Positions 47,713 through 57,766 of a stretch of DNA of 64,000 nucleotides are shown piece after piece. The translations under genes and the position numbers were made by a program. The notes under the pieces were generated by a model. That model did not search any database, was not told the DNA's origin, and was given only the letters and a program-made list of their open reading frames with translations. Position 1 is the stretch's first letter. Each line of letters opens with the position of its first letter. Origin of the DNA: Candidatus Parcubacteria bacterium (GTDB lineage Bacteria; Patescibacteriota; Minisyncoccia; Phycocordibacterales; CAIJYI01). The stretch is from positions 12,136 to 76,135 of the forward strand of contig JAPLYL010000003.1 of NCBI GenBank assembly GCA_026395595.1, in the 5' to 3' direction.

Positions 47713-48876
47713 ATGGATACGACGCAAACCGCTGTAACCGTTTGGTATGAACAAGCTGTAAAGCTTCTTCAGTCCGCTCGGAAAAAAGCGAAAAAAATGT
47801 CTCCGGAAGAACTTATTGTTCTGAAAAAAGAGACGTATGAAGAACTGGAACATCTTTTTACCGAACGCAGTCTTCGCGAAGAGATTGCGGAAGATAGAAA
47901 TCTCCGCAAGACAAAAGCGGAAGAAAGCGATCTGAAAAAGAAGTACAAAGCGCTTCAAGAACAAGTAGAAATGCTTGAAAGAGAAAATCTGGCGATACGT
48001 GAACTGCAAAAAGATCACAATACTCATGCCATTACACCGAATACCGGTCTTGGAACTTCCGAAGCAACCGCAGTTGCCATTCTTTCCGATTGGCATTGTG
48101 AAGAAATAGTTCGTTCCGAAACGGTTAACGGGAAAAATTCTTTCAATCTGGATCGTGCAAGAAAACGCGCAGACCGGTGTTTCCAAAAGATTGTCAGTTT
48201 GACGAGAAAAGAACAGCAAGATGTTACCATCAATAATCTGGTTGTAGGATTGCTCGGCGATTTTATCTCCGGCAACATTCACGAAGAATTGTTGGAAAAT
48301 TGCCAGCTTCGCCCGATGGAAGCGATTCTCTTTGCTCAAGGACTTCTTGAGTCCGGAATTTTGTTTCTTCTTGAACAAACGAAACTGAATTTGACGTTCG
48401 TCTGTCATGTCGGCAACCATACGCGGATTACGAAAAAAGTGCATATTTCCACGGAGATGGGGAATTCGCTTGAGTCTTTAATGTATTGTTCGCTCAAACA
48501 AAGATTTGCTTCCGAACCCCGCGTGAAGTTCATTATCGCGGAAGGGTATCACTCTTATCTGGAAGTGTACGGAACGAAAATCCGTTTTCATCACGGACAT
48601 TCTTTGCGGTATCAAGGCGGTGTCGGCGGATTAACCATTCCTGTCAATAAAGCCATTGCTCAGTGGAATAAGATCATACCGGTTGACTTGGACATCTTCG
48701 GACACTGGCACACCTACATGCACATGAAGAACTTTGTGGCCAACGGCTCGCTCATCGGCTACAATGCCTTTGCTCTTTCCATTAAAGCGGACTTTGACGT
48801 CCCCAAACAGGCCTATTTCTTGATAGACAAACGCCTCGGCCCGTCAATTTTCGCCCCGATTTTTGTAGATAAGTAG
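47713..48876 (+). CDS. Calcineurin-like metallophosphoesterase with N-terminal coiled coil (phage-like)
   Basis: SDWH, LGDFISG, GNH, HHGH, GHWH. Confidence 0.8.
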   Translation: MDTTQTAVTVWYEQAVKLLQSARKKAKKMSPEELIVLKKETYEELEHLFTERSLREEIAEDRNLRKTKAEESDLKKKYKALQEQVEMLERENLAIRELQKDHNTHAITPNTGLGTSEATAVAILSDWHCEEIVRSETVNGKNSFNLDRARKRADRCFQKIVSLTRKEQQDVTINNLVVGLLGDFISGNIHEELLENCQLRPMEAILFAQGLLESGILFLLEQTKLNLTFVCHVGNHTRITKKVHISTEMGNSLESLMYCSLKQRFASEPRVKFIIAEGYHSYLEVYGTKIRFHHGHSLRYQGGVGGLTIPVNKAIAQWNKIIPVDLDIFGHWHTYMHMKNFVANGSLIGYNAFALSIKADFDVPKQAYFLIDKRLGPSIFAPIFVDK

Positions 48877-49051
48877 TATTTTGTCCCATTCCCGCCCCAG
48901 TAACTGGGGCGGTTTTTTTATACAAAAATGACCCTTTTTCCAAAGTCTCGGTCTTTTCTCTCTCTTGTATTGACTTAATCACTCCTTTTTGTTAGGATAC
49001 ACCGTAAAGCTCACAAATAAGCGGAGCTTTTGTTTTTGACTAAAAATCACT

Positions 49052-49405
49052 ATGACTAGATCGCTCAAAAAAGGTCCTTATGTGGACGAAAAACTGTTAA
49101 AGAAGATTGAAGGCAAAAAGCCTTCTCAAACGCCTCCGATCAAAACTTGGGCGCGCGCGAGTCAGATTTCCCCTGAAATGGTGGGATTCATTTTTGGCGT
49201 TCATAACGGAAGAGCGCACGTTGAAGTGTTAGTAAGCGAAGACATGGTCGGCCATCGTTTGGGTGAGTTTTCTCCGACGAGAAAGTTCATCAGACATGGA
49301 GGTAAAATGCAGAAAGAAATAGAACAGAAGAAGAAGGAGTCCGAAATCTCCGCCGCGAAAGCCGCAAAGGCCGCGCCTGCAGCTGATACAAAAAAGAAGA
49401 AATAA
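49052..49405 (+). CDS. rpsS: 30S ribosomal protein S19
   Basis: [20 protein letters not shown]. Confidence 0.98.
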   Translation: MTRSLKKGPYVDEKLLKKIEGKKPSQTPPIKTWARASQISPEMVGFIFGVHNGRAHVEVLVSEDMVGHRLGEFSPTRKFIRHGGKMQKEIEQKKKESEISAAKAAKAAPAADTKKKK

Positions 49406-49426
49406 AACTGAAATATCACAATCACC

Positions 49427-49870
49427 ATGGAAACTGGAACAGCAACACTTAAGAACTATAGGCAGGCGCCGAGAAAAGTACGTCTCATCGCCGGCTTGAT
49501 TAAAGGACGAGAGGCAAAGGAAGCTTTGACTATTCTTCGTTTTACTCCGAAAAGAGCTTCTCTCCCGATCGTTAAACTTCTTGAAAGCGCTCTCTCTAAT
49601 GTAAAGAATGCCGGGGCTTCCGACAAAGATTCTTTCCGAATCGCCAACATGACCGTAGACAAAGGCGTTGTCATGAAAAGAAGCATGCCTCGCGCCAGAG
49701 GAAGGGCTTTTCCTATCAAGAAACGAACCAGCCACATCACCATCACAATTGAAAGGATGGACACCGTAGAAAAAGCAAAGAAAGCGGTAAAGGAAACAAA
49801 AGAGACTGTAAAGAAAACCGCCGTTGTAAAGAAACCGGCAACAAAGAAAAAGACGGCAATCAAAGAATAA
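49427..49870 (+). CDS. rplV: 50S ribosomal protein L22
   Basis: PRKVRL, PRARGRA, KRTSHITI. Confidence 0.98.
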   Translation: METGTATLKNYRQAPRKVRLIAGLIKGREAKEALTILRFTPKRASLPIVKLLESALSNVKNAGASDKDSFRIANMTVDKGVVMKRSMPRARGRAFPIKKRTSHITITIERMDTVEKAKKAVKETKETVKKTAVVKKPATKKKTAIKE

Positions 49871-49906
49871 TTTTTTAATTTTTCATTTTTAATTTTTAAC
49901 TCTGTT

Positions 49907-50578
49907 ATGTCACACACCGTTCATCCATATTCGCATCGCTTGGGAATACTTCGGGATTGGAAATCTCGTTGGTTTGCTGCGCCCGGAAAATATCAGGACT
50001 TCTTGAAAACAGACGTTCTTATTCGCGAATACTTGGAAAAACGCCTTCATGGTCACCACGTGAGCGCTCTTGATTTTGAAAGAAGCGCTGATACTTTGAA
50101 GATCGTCATCAAAACAGCTCGCCCCGGTATGATTATCGGACGCAGCGGAGAAGGACACGCCAAACTCCGAAAAGATGTTTTTGAATTCGCAAAAAGACAC
50201 AACATCACTCTTTTGGAAAACCTGAAGATTGATATTGAAGAAGTTCGTTATCCTGAAACGGATGCGGCCATTGTGGCGCAAATGATCGCGGAAGGACTTG
50301 AAAAGCGTATGCCTTTCAGACGTGTTCTCAAACAAACCGTAGAAAAAGTTATGGCGAGCAAATCAGTCCTTGGAGCAAGAATCGGTATTTCCGGTCGTTT
50401 GGGTGGAGCAGAAATGAGCCGTTCAGAACAGATCAAAAAAGGAAACATTCCTTTGCAGACGTTCCGCGCTGATATTGATTTCGCAAAAGAAAGAGCCAAC
50501 CTTCCTTACGGAGTTATCGGTATTAAAGTGTGGATTTACAAAGGCGAAGTTTTTGAACACAAGCCGAAGACGTTTTAA
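49907..50578 (+). CDS. rpsC: 30S ribosomal protein S3
   Basis: RPGMIIGR, GRLGGAEMSR, GVIGIKVWI. Confidence 0.98.
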   Translation: MSHTVHPYSHRLGILRDWKSRWFAAPGKYQDFLKTDVLIREYLEKRLHGHHVSALDFERSADTLKIVIKTARPGMIIGRSGEGHAKLRKDVFEFAKRHNITLLENLKIDIEEVRYPETDAAIVAQMIAEGLEKRMPFRRVLKQTVEKVMASKSVLGARIGISGRLGGAEMSRSEQIKKGNIPLQTFRADIDFAKERANLPYGVIGIKVWIYKGEVFEHKPKTF

Positions 50579-50599
50579 TGTAATTTATAAACAACCAAC

Positions 50600-51022
50600 A
50601 TGTTATCTTTCCCAAGAAAAGTAAAGCATCGGAAATGGCAGACCAGCCGTATCAATCCGAAAAAACCGAAAGTTGAATCGCGCGGCATTACCGTAGCGTT
50701 CGGTTCCTTTGGTCTGAAAGCGCAAACCCCGGGACGTGTTCGTTCCAATCAGATTGAAGCAGCGAGAAAAACACTCACTCGTACGCTTTCCAAGGCGGGA
50801 AAGGTTTGGATTCGTATCTTTACCGATAGGCCGTTTACTCACAAAGCGGCACAGATGCCGATGGGTAAAGGAAAAGGAGAACCGGAAGGATATTGTTTTG
50901 AAGTTTTTCCTGGACGCGTACTTTTTGAAGTAGACGGGGTAACCGAAGCGGTTGCCAAAGAAGCGTTGCGCAAAGCGGGAGCAAAACTTCCGATTAAGAC
51001 GAAAGTGGTCGCTCACGTCTAA
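50600..51022 (+). CDS. rplP: 50S ribosomal protein L16
   Basis: QIEAAR, MGKGKG, KLPIKT. Confidence 0.98.
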   Translation: MLSFPRKVKHRKWQTSRINPKKPKVESRGITVAFGSFGLKAQTPGRVRSNQIEAARKTLTRTLSKAGKVWIRIFTDRPFTHKAAQMPMGKGKGEPEGYCFEVFPGRVLFEVDGVTEAVAKEALRKAGAKLPIKTKVVAHV

Positions 51023-51039
51023 CCAATATATTTACAAAC

Positions 51040-51228
51040 ATGAAAGACGAAATAAAAACAAAAAGCGATCAGGACCTGACGAAAGATCTCACTGAAAAGA
51101 GGGAGGGTTTGCGCGGAATGAGATTCAATATCGCCGGTTCTAAAATTAAGAACGTTAAAGAACAGAAAGGCAGAAAGAAAGAAATTGCTCGAATTTTAAC
51201 CGAACTTAATGCACGACGAGAGATTTAA
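51040..51228 (+). CDS. rpmC: 50S ribosomal protein L29
   Basis: RKKEIARILTEL; operon position. Confidence 0.93.
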   Translation: MKDEIKTKSDQDLTKDLTEKREGLRGMRFNIAGSKIKNVKEQKGRKKEIARILTELNARREI

Positions 51229-51308
51229 GATTTACGATTTAAGAATTATGAATACGGAAACGTCGGTCGTCATTCTTGAATCATAAATCATAAATCATAA
51301 ATCATAAA
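51220..51308. repeat. Inverted heptamer arrays (GATTTAA / AAATCAT)
   Basis: AGATTTAAGATTTACGATTTAAG...GAATCATAAATCATAAATCATAAATCATAAA. Confidence 0.7.
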
Positions 51309-51312
51309 CAAC

Positions 51313-51567
51313 ATGGAAAAGAAAACAATACATCTGAAAAAGTTTAAAGGGGTCGTCGTCTCCGATAAAATGAATAAGACCGTCGTCGTACGCGTCAACC
51401 GTTTCGTGAAGCATCCGAAATACGGAAAATTCATTGAGTCAAGCAAGCGTTTCAAAGCGCATGATGAGACGAACGAGTACAAAACGGGTGATAAAGTCAT
51501 CATAGAAGAAACTCGCCCGATTTCAAAAGATAAAACCTTTAAGGTGACAGGGAAGCAAGCCCAATAA
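51313..51567 (+). CDS. rpsQ: 30S ribosomal protein S17
   Basis: [21 protein letters not shown]. Confidence 0.98.
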   Translation: MEKKTIHLKKFKGVVVSDKMNKTVVVRVNRFVKHPKYGKFIESSKRFKAHDETNEYKTGDKVIIEETRPISKDKTFKVTGKQAQ

Positions 51568-51588
51568 AAATCACGGAAAAGCAATAAC

Positions 51589-51960
51589 ATGATACAGCCA
51601 CAAACTATAGTTAAAATAGCGGACAACACCGGAGCTAAGATCGGAAGGGTGTTCAAAATACCCGGAGGTTCAAAAAAGCGATACGCTGAAATAGGCGAAG
51701 TCGTTATTTTGGCAGTTCAGGTAGTAGAGCCACGCAAATCCGTAAAAAGGAAAGACGTTCTTCAGGCCGTTGTCGTGAGACAAACCAAACCTTTCCGAAG
51801 AAAAGACGGCTCATACGTTCGTTTTGACGAAAATGCGGTTGTTATTTTAGAAAAAGGAAAGCTTGAACCGAAAGGAGGTCGCGTGTTCGGGCCGATTCCG
51901 CGCGAGCTCGCGGAACGCGGATACCAGAAGATTGTTTCTCTCGCGCCGGAAATTGTTTAA
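51589..51960 (+). CDS. rplN: 50S ribosomal protein L14
   Basis: ADNTGAK, RFDENAVV, SLAPEIV. Confidence 0.98.
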   Translation: MIQPQTIVKIADNTGAKIGRVFKIPGGSKKRYAEIGEVVILAVQVVEPRKSVKRKDVLQAVVVRQTKPFRRKDGSYVRFDENAVVILEKGKLEPKGGRVFGPIPRELAERGYQKIVSLAPEIV

Positions 51961-51974
51961 CTTCAAATACATAT

Positions 51975-52280
51975 ATGAACGTAAAGAAAGACGACATGGT
52001 CATAGTCCTCACGGGCAAGGATAAAGGAAAGAAAGGAAAAATCCTTCGGGTTTTCCGTGATGCCAATAAAGTAACGGTTGAAGGCGTGGCCATCAGAAAG
52101 AAAACTCTCAAAGCAAAGAAAAAAGGAGGGAAGGGTCAGATTATTGAAATGGCTTCTCCTATCAACGCTTCAAACGTCGCTTTGATTGATCCGAAAACGG
52201 ATAAGCCCACCAGAGTCGGACACAAAATTGTTGCCGGCAAAAAGGTAAGAGTTACCAAAAAAAGCGGAGTAGAAATTTAA
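51975..52280 (+). CDS. rplX: 50S ribosomal protein L24
   Basis: LTGKDKGKKG KOW motif. Confidence 0.97.
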   Translation: MNVKKDDMVIVLTGKDKGKKGKILRVFRDANKVTVEGVAIRKKTLKAKKKGGKGQIIEMASPINASNVALIDPKTDKPTRVGHKIVAGKKVRVTKKSGVEI

Positions 52281-52340
52281 TAAAAAGAAAAAGGTACTTG
52301 CGTATGCTTGTCATATGCTTATCCTATATCACCTAATACC

Positions 52341-52886
52341 ATGGAAACCATTAAAGATAGAGAAAAGAAAGCCTTTGAGCTCATGAAGAGCGAATTTGGC
52401 TATAAAAATCCGATGCAGGCCCCTCGTCTCGCCAAAGTTATTGTTAGCTCAGGCACAGGAAAATCAAAAGATCCGAAAAGAAACGATCTCGTCATTGACC
52501 GTCTTACAAAAATTACCGGACAGAAACCTTCTCTTCGCGGAGCAAAGAAATCCATCGCTTCCTTCAAAGTAAGAGAAGGAGACCCTGTCGGCGTTATGGT
52601 AACCCTTCGCTCGGGAAGAATGTATGGTTTCTTGGATAAACTCATCAATGTCGCTATTCCCCGCATGAAAGACTTCCGTGGATTGGAAGCGAAAGCGATA
52701 GACGAGATTGGAAACTACACCATGGGACTTCGCGAACACACCATTTTTACCGAAGCGACCAATGAAGACCTGAAAGATGTTTTCGGACTCGCCATCACCG
52801 TCGTTACTACCGCCAAGAATGCCAAAGAAGCCAAAGCCTTCCTTGATATCCTCGGTTTCCCGTTCAAGAAAACCGAAGCGAAATAA
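52341..52886 (+). CDS. rplE: 50S ribosomal protein L5
   Basis: ITGQKP, FKVREG, PRMKDFRG. Confidence 0.98.
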   Translation: METIKDREKKAFELMKSEFGYKNPMQAPRLAKVIVSSGTGKSKDPKRNDLVIDRLTKITGQKPSLRGAKKSIASFKVREGDPVGVMVTLRSGRMYGFLDKLINVAIPRMKDFRGLEAKAIDEIGNYTMGLREHTIFTEATNEDLKDVFGLAITVVTTAKNAKEAKAFLDILGFPFKKTEAK

Positions 52887-52928
52887 ATTTACAAAAAAAA
52901 AGCCGCTCACACTGAGCGGCTTTTTGGT

Positions 52929-53228
52929 TTAGAATAAAGAAATCATCCAAGGTTCAAAAGATTTTTTGCTAAAATCAATAAGCCAGTCTTCTTTTGCATA
53001 CCTTATTGTTAGTTCAATCATAATATCTCTATTTAGATTGAATTTGGGGGGAAGAATGATCCGTATAGGGTCACTGCCTGTTAAATTATCCGCAGTCAAA
53101 TTGATGAGATAACTGTCAACAAAATTTTCAATTTCCTTTATCATCTCAAAGTTCCTGATGTATTTTTCAGCTTCTACCGCATCATTTTTTTCTTTGAGCG
53201 AGAGACAAGCTTTTTTACTAATTGCCAT
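52929..53228 (-). CDS. Hypothetical protein
   Basis: TTGACA promoter, SD AAGGAG. Confidence 0.6.
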   Translation of the reverse strand: MAISKKACLSLKEKNDAVEAEKYIRNFEMIKEIENFVDSYLINLTADNLTGSDPIRIILPPKFNLNRDIMIELTIRYAKEDWLIDFSKKSFEPWMISLF

Positions 53229-53336
53229 TTTTCATCTCCTTTTTGATGTTCAAAATCTGGTTTCAATTATAAACTATTTTTTAGACATGTCAAGTTTTGA
53301 TAAAAAGCCGTCCATTTGGGACGGCTTTTGTTTTAA

Positions 53337-53567
53337 CTATGGCATTGAGTCAAAAGTCTCCTCGCCCCCTTTTAGTTCAGATATCGGTTTTGGGGGTACG
53401 GGGACTTGCCTTGTTTGAGGTTTTTGTTTTGCCTGTATTTTTGGATCAGGTTTTGATTCAAGGGCTTTTTCTTCCTGTTTCTTTTTAAAAAAAGCGATGA
53501 TTCCATAACCTATGGCAATAAAAAGATTTTCTAAAGCTTTCTTTTCGAACTCATGATATTCGCTCAT
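53337..53567 (-). CDS. Small hypothetical protein
   Basis: SD GAGG, terminator. Confidence 0.5.
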   Translation of the reverse strand: MSEYHEFEKKALENLFIAIGYGIIAFFKKKQEEKALESKPDPKIQAKQKPQTRQVPVPPKPISELKGGEETFDSMP

Positions 53568-53762
53568 TGATGTAACCTCATTTTTAGTACTTTGTTTCTG
53601 AGGGGTAGTATATCGTATTATTATTATCAGTCAACCCTAAATACAGTTTGCCATATTGAGAAAAATAGTTTAGAATATCCGTAATGAAGCCAACCGTGGC
53701 TTTTTTGTTTAGACATATTTATTCATCTTAAAAGTTAATTTTAACAAAAGTTCATCAATTTT

Positions 53763-55910
53763 ATGGAACGTGATTATCCACTGGAGAAAGTAAGAAATAT
53801 CGGAATTATTGCCCACATAGATGCCGGCAAAACGACGTGCTCTGAGCGCGTGCTTTTCTATACCGGAGTAACGCACAAGATCGGAGAGGTGCACGAAGGA
53901 GAGGCGGTCATGGACTGGATGGAACAGGAACAGGAGCGTGGAATCACGATTACCTCGGCGGCGACCACTTGTTTTTGGGTCCCGACCTATGCCAAAGGAG
54001 ATGTCTCTAAAAAGCATCGCTTTAACCTGATTGACACCCCCGGGCACATTGACTTTACCATTGAGGTGAAGCGTTCCCTTCGTGTTCTTGACGGAGCCGT
54101 CGTCGTTTTTGACGGCGTTGCCGGCGTTGAACCTCAGTCTGAAACCAACTGGCGCTATGCCGATGACGGTAATGTTCCTCGTATCTGCCTCATCAATAAA
54201 TTGGACAGAACCGGTGCATCCTTTGAACGTTCCTATCAGAGCATTCTTGCTCGTTTGACCAAAGATGCGGTTCGCATGCATCTTCCTATCGGAGAAGAAG
54301 ATAAACTTCTCGGCGTTGTTGATCTGCTTGAAATGAAAGGCTATCACTTTGACGGAGAAAGAGGAGAGAAAGTAGTAGAAGTTCCGGTTCCGGAAAACAT
54401 GAAAGCTGATGTGGAAAAATATCATAATGAATTAGTTGAAAAAATAGTGGAACAGGATGAAGAATTGATGAATGAGTATCTTGAAGGAAAAATTCCTTCA
54501 ACTGAAGTATTAAAAACAACGCTTCGCAAAGCGGTTATCGCGAATAAGATCGTTCCTGTTATGGCCGGTTCTGCTTTGAAGAATAAAGGAATTCAGCTTA
54601 CTCTTGATGCCGTGGTTGATTACCTCCCGAGTCCTCTTGATATTCCCGCTCCGAAAGGAATTGATCCGAACACCAACGAAGAAATCACGCGAGAAGTTTC
54701 CGACAAGGCTCCTTTGTCCGCACTCGCTTTCAAGATTGCCAGCGATCCGTACGTCGGACAACTCGTTTTCTTCCGCGTCTATTCCGGAACGCTTGAATCA
54801 GGTTCTTACGTCTTCAATGCGACCAAAAACAAAAAAGAAAGAATCGGACGCATCCTTCGAATGCACGCCAACGAAAGAGAAGAGGTGAAAAAAGTTTTTG
54901 CCGGAGAAATTGCCGCTGCTGTTGGATTGAAAGACGCGACGACTTCCGACACCTTCTGTGACGAAGACCACCCGATTATTCTTGAAAGAATTATCGCTCC
55001 GGATTCCGTCATCTCCATGCGCATTGAACCGAAGACGAAAGCCGACCAAGAGAAAATGGGTATGGCGCTCTCTCGTCTTGTTGCTGAAGACCCGACCTTC
55101 CGCGTGAAAACCGATCCCGAAACGCTTGAGACGATTATCTCGGGAATGGGAGAACTCCACTTGGACGTTATGGTTGAACGCATGAAAAGAGAGTTCGGCG
55201 TTGAAGCCAACGTCGGCAAACCGCAAGTCGCCTATCGCGAGACCATTCTCGGAAATGCGGAAGCGGAAGGAAAATACATCAAGCAGTCCGGCGGTAAAGG
55301 TCAGTATGGGCACGTACGCATTCGCATGAAACCGCTTGATAAAACGGTTGATGTGGAGGAGTTGCCGAAGAACACCAAACGCAACAAAGAAAACACTTTT
55401 GAATTCATCAATAGTATTAAAGGAGGAGTCATTCCGCAGGAATTTATTCCCGCTGTTGAAAAAGGACTCCGCGAGGCGATGGATCGCGGAGTGCTCGCCG
55501 GATTCCCTATGGTTGACCTCTCTATTGAACTCTACGACGGTTCTTACCACGATGTTGACTCATCAGAAATCGCCTTTAAAGTCGCCGCTTCTATGGCCTT
55601 CCAGGAGGCAACCAAGCACGCGAAAGCCGTTATCTTAGAGCCGATCATGAAAGTGGAAGTCGTTATGCCGGAAAAATTCATGGGAGATATCTCCGGACAC
55701 CTTTCCTCACGACGCGGACAAATTGAATCCATGGAAGATCGTGGAATGAACAAAGTCGTGAAAGCGACCGTTCCGTTGTCCGAAATGTTCGGTTATGTCA
55801 CCAGTCTTCGTTCCATGACCGAAGGTCGCGGAATGTCCACGATGGAATTCTCGCACTATGCGGTCGTGCCGAACAACGTGGCGACGACGATTATTGAGAG
55901 CAGAAAATAA
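53763..55910 (+). CDS. fusA: Elongation factor G
   Basis: [30 protein letters not shown]. Confidence 0.99.
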   Translation: MERDYPLEKVRNIGIIAHIDAGKTTCSERVLFYTGVTHKIGEVHEGEAVMDWMEQEQERGITITSAATTCFWVPTYAKGDVSKKHRFNLIDTPGHIDFTIEVKRSLRVLDGAVVVFDGVAGVEPQSETNWRYADDGNVPRICLINKLDRTGASFERSYQSILARLTKDAVRMHLPIGEEDKLLGVVDLLEMKGYHFDGERGEKVVEVPVPENMKADVEKYHNELVEKIVEQDEELMNEYLEGKIPSTEVLKTTLRKAVIANKIVPVMAGSALKNKGIQLTLDAVVDYLPSPLDIPAPKGIDPNTNEEITREVSDKAPLSALAFKIASDPYVGQLVFFRVYSGTLESGSYVFNATKNKKERIGRILRMHANEREEVKKVFAGEIAAAVGLKDATTSDTFCDEDHPIILERIIAPDSVISMRIEPKTKADQEKMGMALSRLVAEDPTFRVKTDPETLETIISGMGELHLDVMVERMKREFGVEANVGKPQVAYRETILGNAEAEGKYIKQSGGKGQYGHVRIRMKPLDKTVDVEELPKNTKRNKENTFEFINSIKGGVIPQEFIPAVEKGLREAMDRGVLAGFPMVDLSIELYDGSYHDVDSSEIAFKVAASMAFQEATKHAKAVILEPIMKVEVVMPEKFMGDISGHLSSRRGQIESMEDRGMNKVVKATVPLSEMFGYVTSLRSMTEGRGMSTMEFSHYAVVPNNVATTIIESRK

Positions 55911-55912
55911 TT

Positions 55913-55980
55913 TCGTATTGCAAGGTCTTTCCTTAAGGAGGAGCGAAGCGACGGGGAAAGGAGAGACCTTGGGGCTATTT
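55913..55980. repeat. Palindromic repeat element, short form
   Basis: Same termini as 47373-47543. Confidence 0.8.
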
Positions 55981-56047
55981 CACTCTATTTTTATAATCCA
56001 AAAAAACGGCACTCGCCGTTTTTTTGTTTTGTTGATATACTCTGTAT

Positions 56048-56425
56048 ATGAAAAAGAAACATTTTTTTGCTATCGCTCTTTTTTCTCTCATCCCCATCTC
56101 TGTTTTTGCCGTGTATGGCGGAACCTACGACAATATCGTCGGATGCGGAATAAATACGATTCCGAAATTTATTAAAGCGACGCTTGATCTCGTTATAAAA
56201 GTCGGCATCCCCGTCGCCTCCGTTTTTCTTATCTTCGCCGGCTTCATGTTTCTTACCGCGCAAGGAAATGAAGGCAAACTCACCGCCGCCAAAAGCGCTT
56301 TCCTCTGGTCGTGTGTCGGTTTCGGTGTTCTTATCGGAGCATGGCTCTTTTCAACTGCCTTTGTCGGAATTATGACCTCCATTACTGGCGGCAATGCTGA
56401 ATCGGTTACCATCACACCCTGTTAA
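56048..56425 (+). CDS. TrbC/VirB2-like (CPR-type) pilin
   Basis: Signal peptide; LIFAGFMFLTAQGNEGKLTAAKSAFLWSCVG. Confidence 0.75.
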   Translation: MKKKHFFAIALFSLIPISVFAVYGGTYDNIVGCGINTIPKFIKATLDLVIKVGIPVASVFLIFAGFMFLTAQGNEGKLTAAKSAFLWSCVGFGVLIGAWLFSTAFVGIMTSITGGNAESVTITPC

Positions 56426-56431
56426 GATACA

Positions 56432-56992
56432 ATGAATGAGATCTGTTTTGGCTCTGAAAAAATAGCATATATTCTCAAACGGTATCCGCGTTCAAAGCGG
56501 GTGCGTTTGTGTATTTCACGTGATAGGGCTTTGCTGGTAACCGCTCCGAAAAGAACACCGTTTTATTTCATTGAACGAGTGCTTCAGGAAAAACAAGATT
56601 GGATACGAAAAACGCTCAAGTATTTTGAAGCATTACCAAAACCGGTATCTTTTGTTTCGGGAAGAAAACTCTATGAAAAGCACAAAGAAGAAGCAAGAGA
56701 ACTCGTTTCCATTCGGCTTGTTTACTGGAACCAATGGTATAATTTCTCATGGGGAAGGATAAGTATCCGCAACCAGAAAACGCGATGGGGAAGCTGTTCC
56801 AAAAAAGGAAATCTTAATTTTAGTTACAAACTCGCCCTGCTTCCTCAAGAATTGTCAGATTATGTCATCGTCCACGAACTGTGCCACCTGAGAGAATTCA
56901 ACCACTCAAAAAATTTCTGGGATCTTGTCTCTCAAGCTATCCCCGATCACAAAGAAAAACGAGAAGCGCTTCATCAACATCGACTTTCGTAA
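56432..56992 (+). CDS. YgjP/DUF45-family metal-dependent hydrolase
   Basis: QKTRWGSCS, YVIVHELCHL..NHS..FW. Confidence 0.92.
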   Translation: MNEICFGSEKIAYILKRYPRSKRVRLCISRDRALLVTAPKRTPFYFIERVLQEKQDWIRKTLKYFEALPKPVSFVSGRKLYEKHKEEARELVSIRLVYWNQWYNFSWGRISIRNQKTRWGSCSKKGNLNFSYKLALLPQELSDYVIVHELCHLREFNHSKNFWDLVSQAIPDHKEKREALHQHRLS

Positions 56993-56997
56993 TCGTA

Positions 56998-57037
56998 CCT
57001 CCTCCCCTTTTTAAAGGGGAGGATTGAGGTGGGGTTT
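56998..57037. repeat. REP-like palindrome
   Basis: CCTCCTCCCCTTTTTAAAGGGGAGGATTGAGGTGGGG. Confidence 0.45.
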
Positions 57038-57093
57038 GATGAGCCACCATACTTTGTCTTGACCACTCAATTGTTTAATGTTTGAATAGCTCT

Positions 57094-57639
57094 ATGGAAA
57101 AATTCTTACTTCATACTTGTTGCGCTCCTTGCGGGGTAGCGGTTATTGATGAACTTCGCAAGAAGTTTGATTTGACTGTGTTTTTTTACAATCCAAACAT
57201 ATTTCCCGAGGAAGAATACCTGAAACGAAAAAAAGAAGTGATTCTCGTATGTGAAGAATGGAATGTTTCCATGATAGACCACGACTATATCCCCGAAGAA
57301 TGGAATGAAAAAGTGCGAGGTCTGGAAAACGAACCCGAAGGTGGAATGCGATGCGGAGCATGCATTAAAATGCGTTTGCTTCGCACTGGCGAGATTGCCA
57401 AAGAAAACAATTTTGAAATTTTCGGAACGACCCTCACGATGGGCCGGCAAAAAACAGCCAAAGTCATCACTCCGATAGGCGAAGCCATCGCGCAGATTTT
57501 CGGCCTCAAATATCTCGCCGAAGACTGGAAAAAAGGTGGCAGGCAAGAAATAGCGCGCCACTTAATAAAGGAAAAAAATATCTATCAGCAAAATTACTGC
57601 GGTTGCAAATACTCGTTGCAAGCAAGAAGAGAAGAATAG
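57094..57639 (+). CDS. queH: Epoxyqueuosine reductase QueH (DUF208)
   Basis: LLHTCCAPC, FYNPNI, RCGAC, YQQNYCGC. Confidence 0.92.
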   Translation: MEKFLLHTCCAPCGVAVIDELRKKFDLTVFFYNPNIFPEEEYLKRKKEVILVCEEWNVSMIDHDYIPEEWNEKVRGLENEPEGGMRCGACIKMRLLRTGEIAKENNFEIFGTTLTMGRQKTAKVITPIGEAIAQIFGLKYLAEDWKKGGRQEIARHLIKEKNIYQQNYCGCKYSLQARREE

Positions 57640-57766
57640 AAGCCAGAGGTAGCTATTTTTTGGAGGTGAGTCCTCCCTTTGGAGGTCTCTCCTCCAAAAA
57701 ATAGCGGTGTTTAAAACACAAAACTCCATGTAAAAAACAGCCTCGCAAATGCGAGGCTGTTGTCTT

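Noticed and set aside
34337-55550. Long antisense ORFs opposite tuf, fusA and r-protein genes
   Set aside because: They are codon-bias shadows of highly expressed genes.
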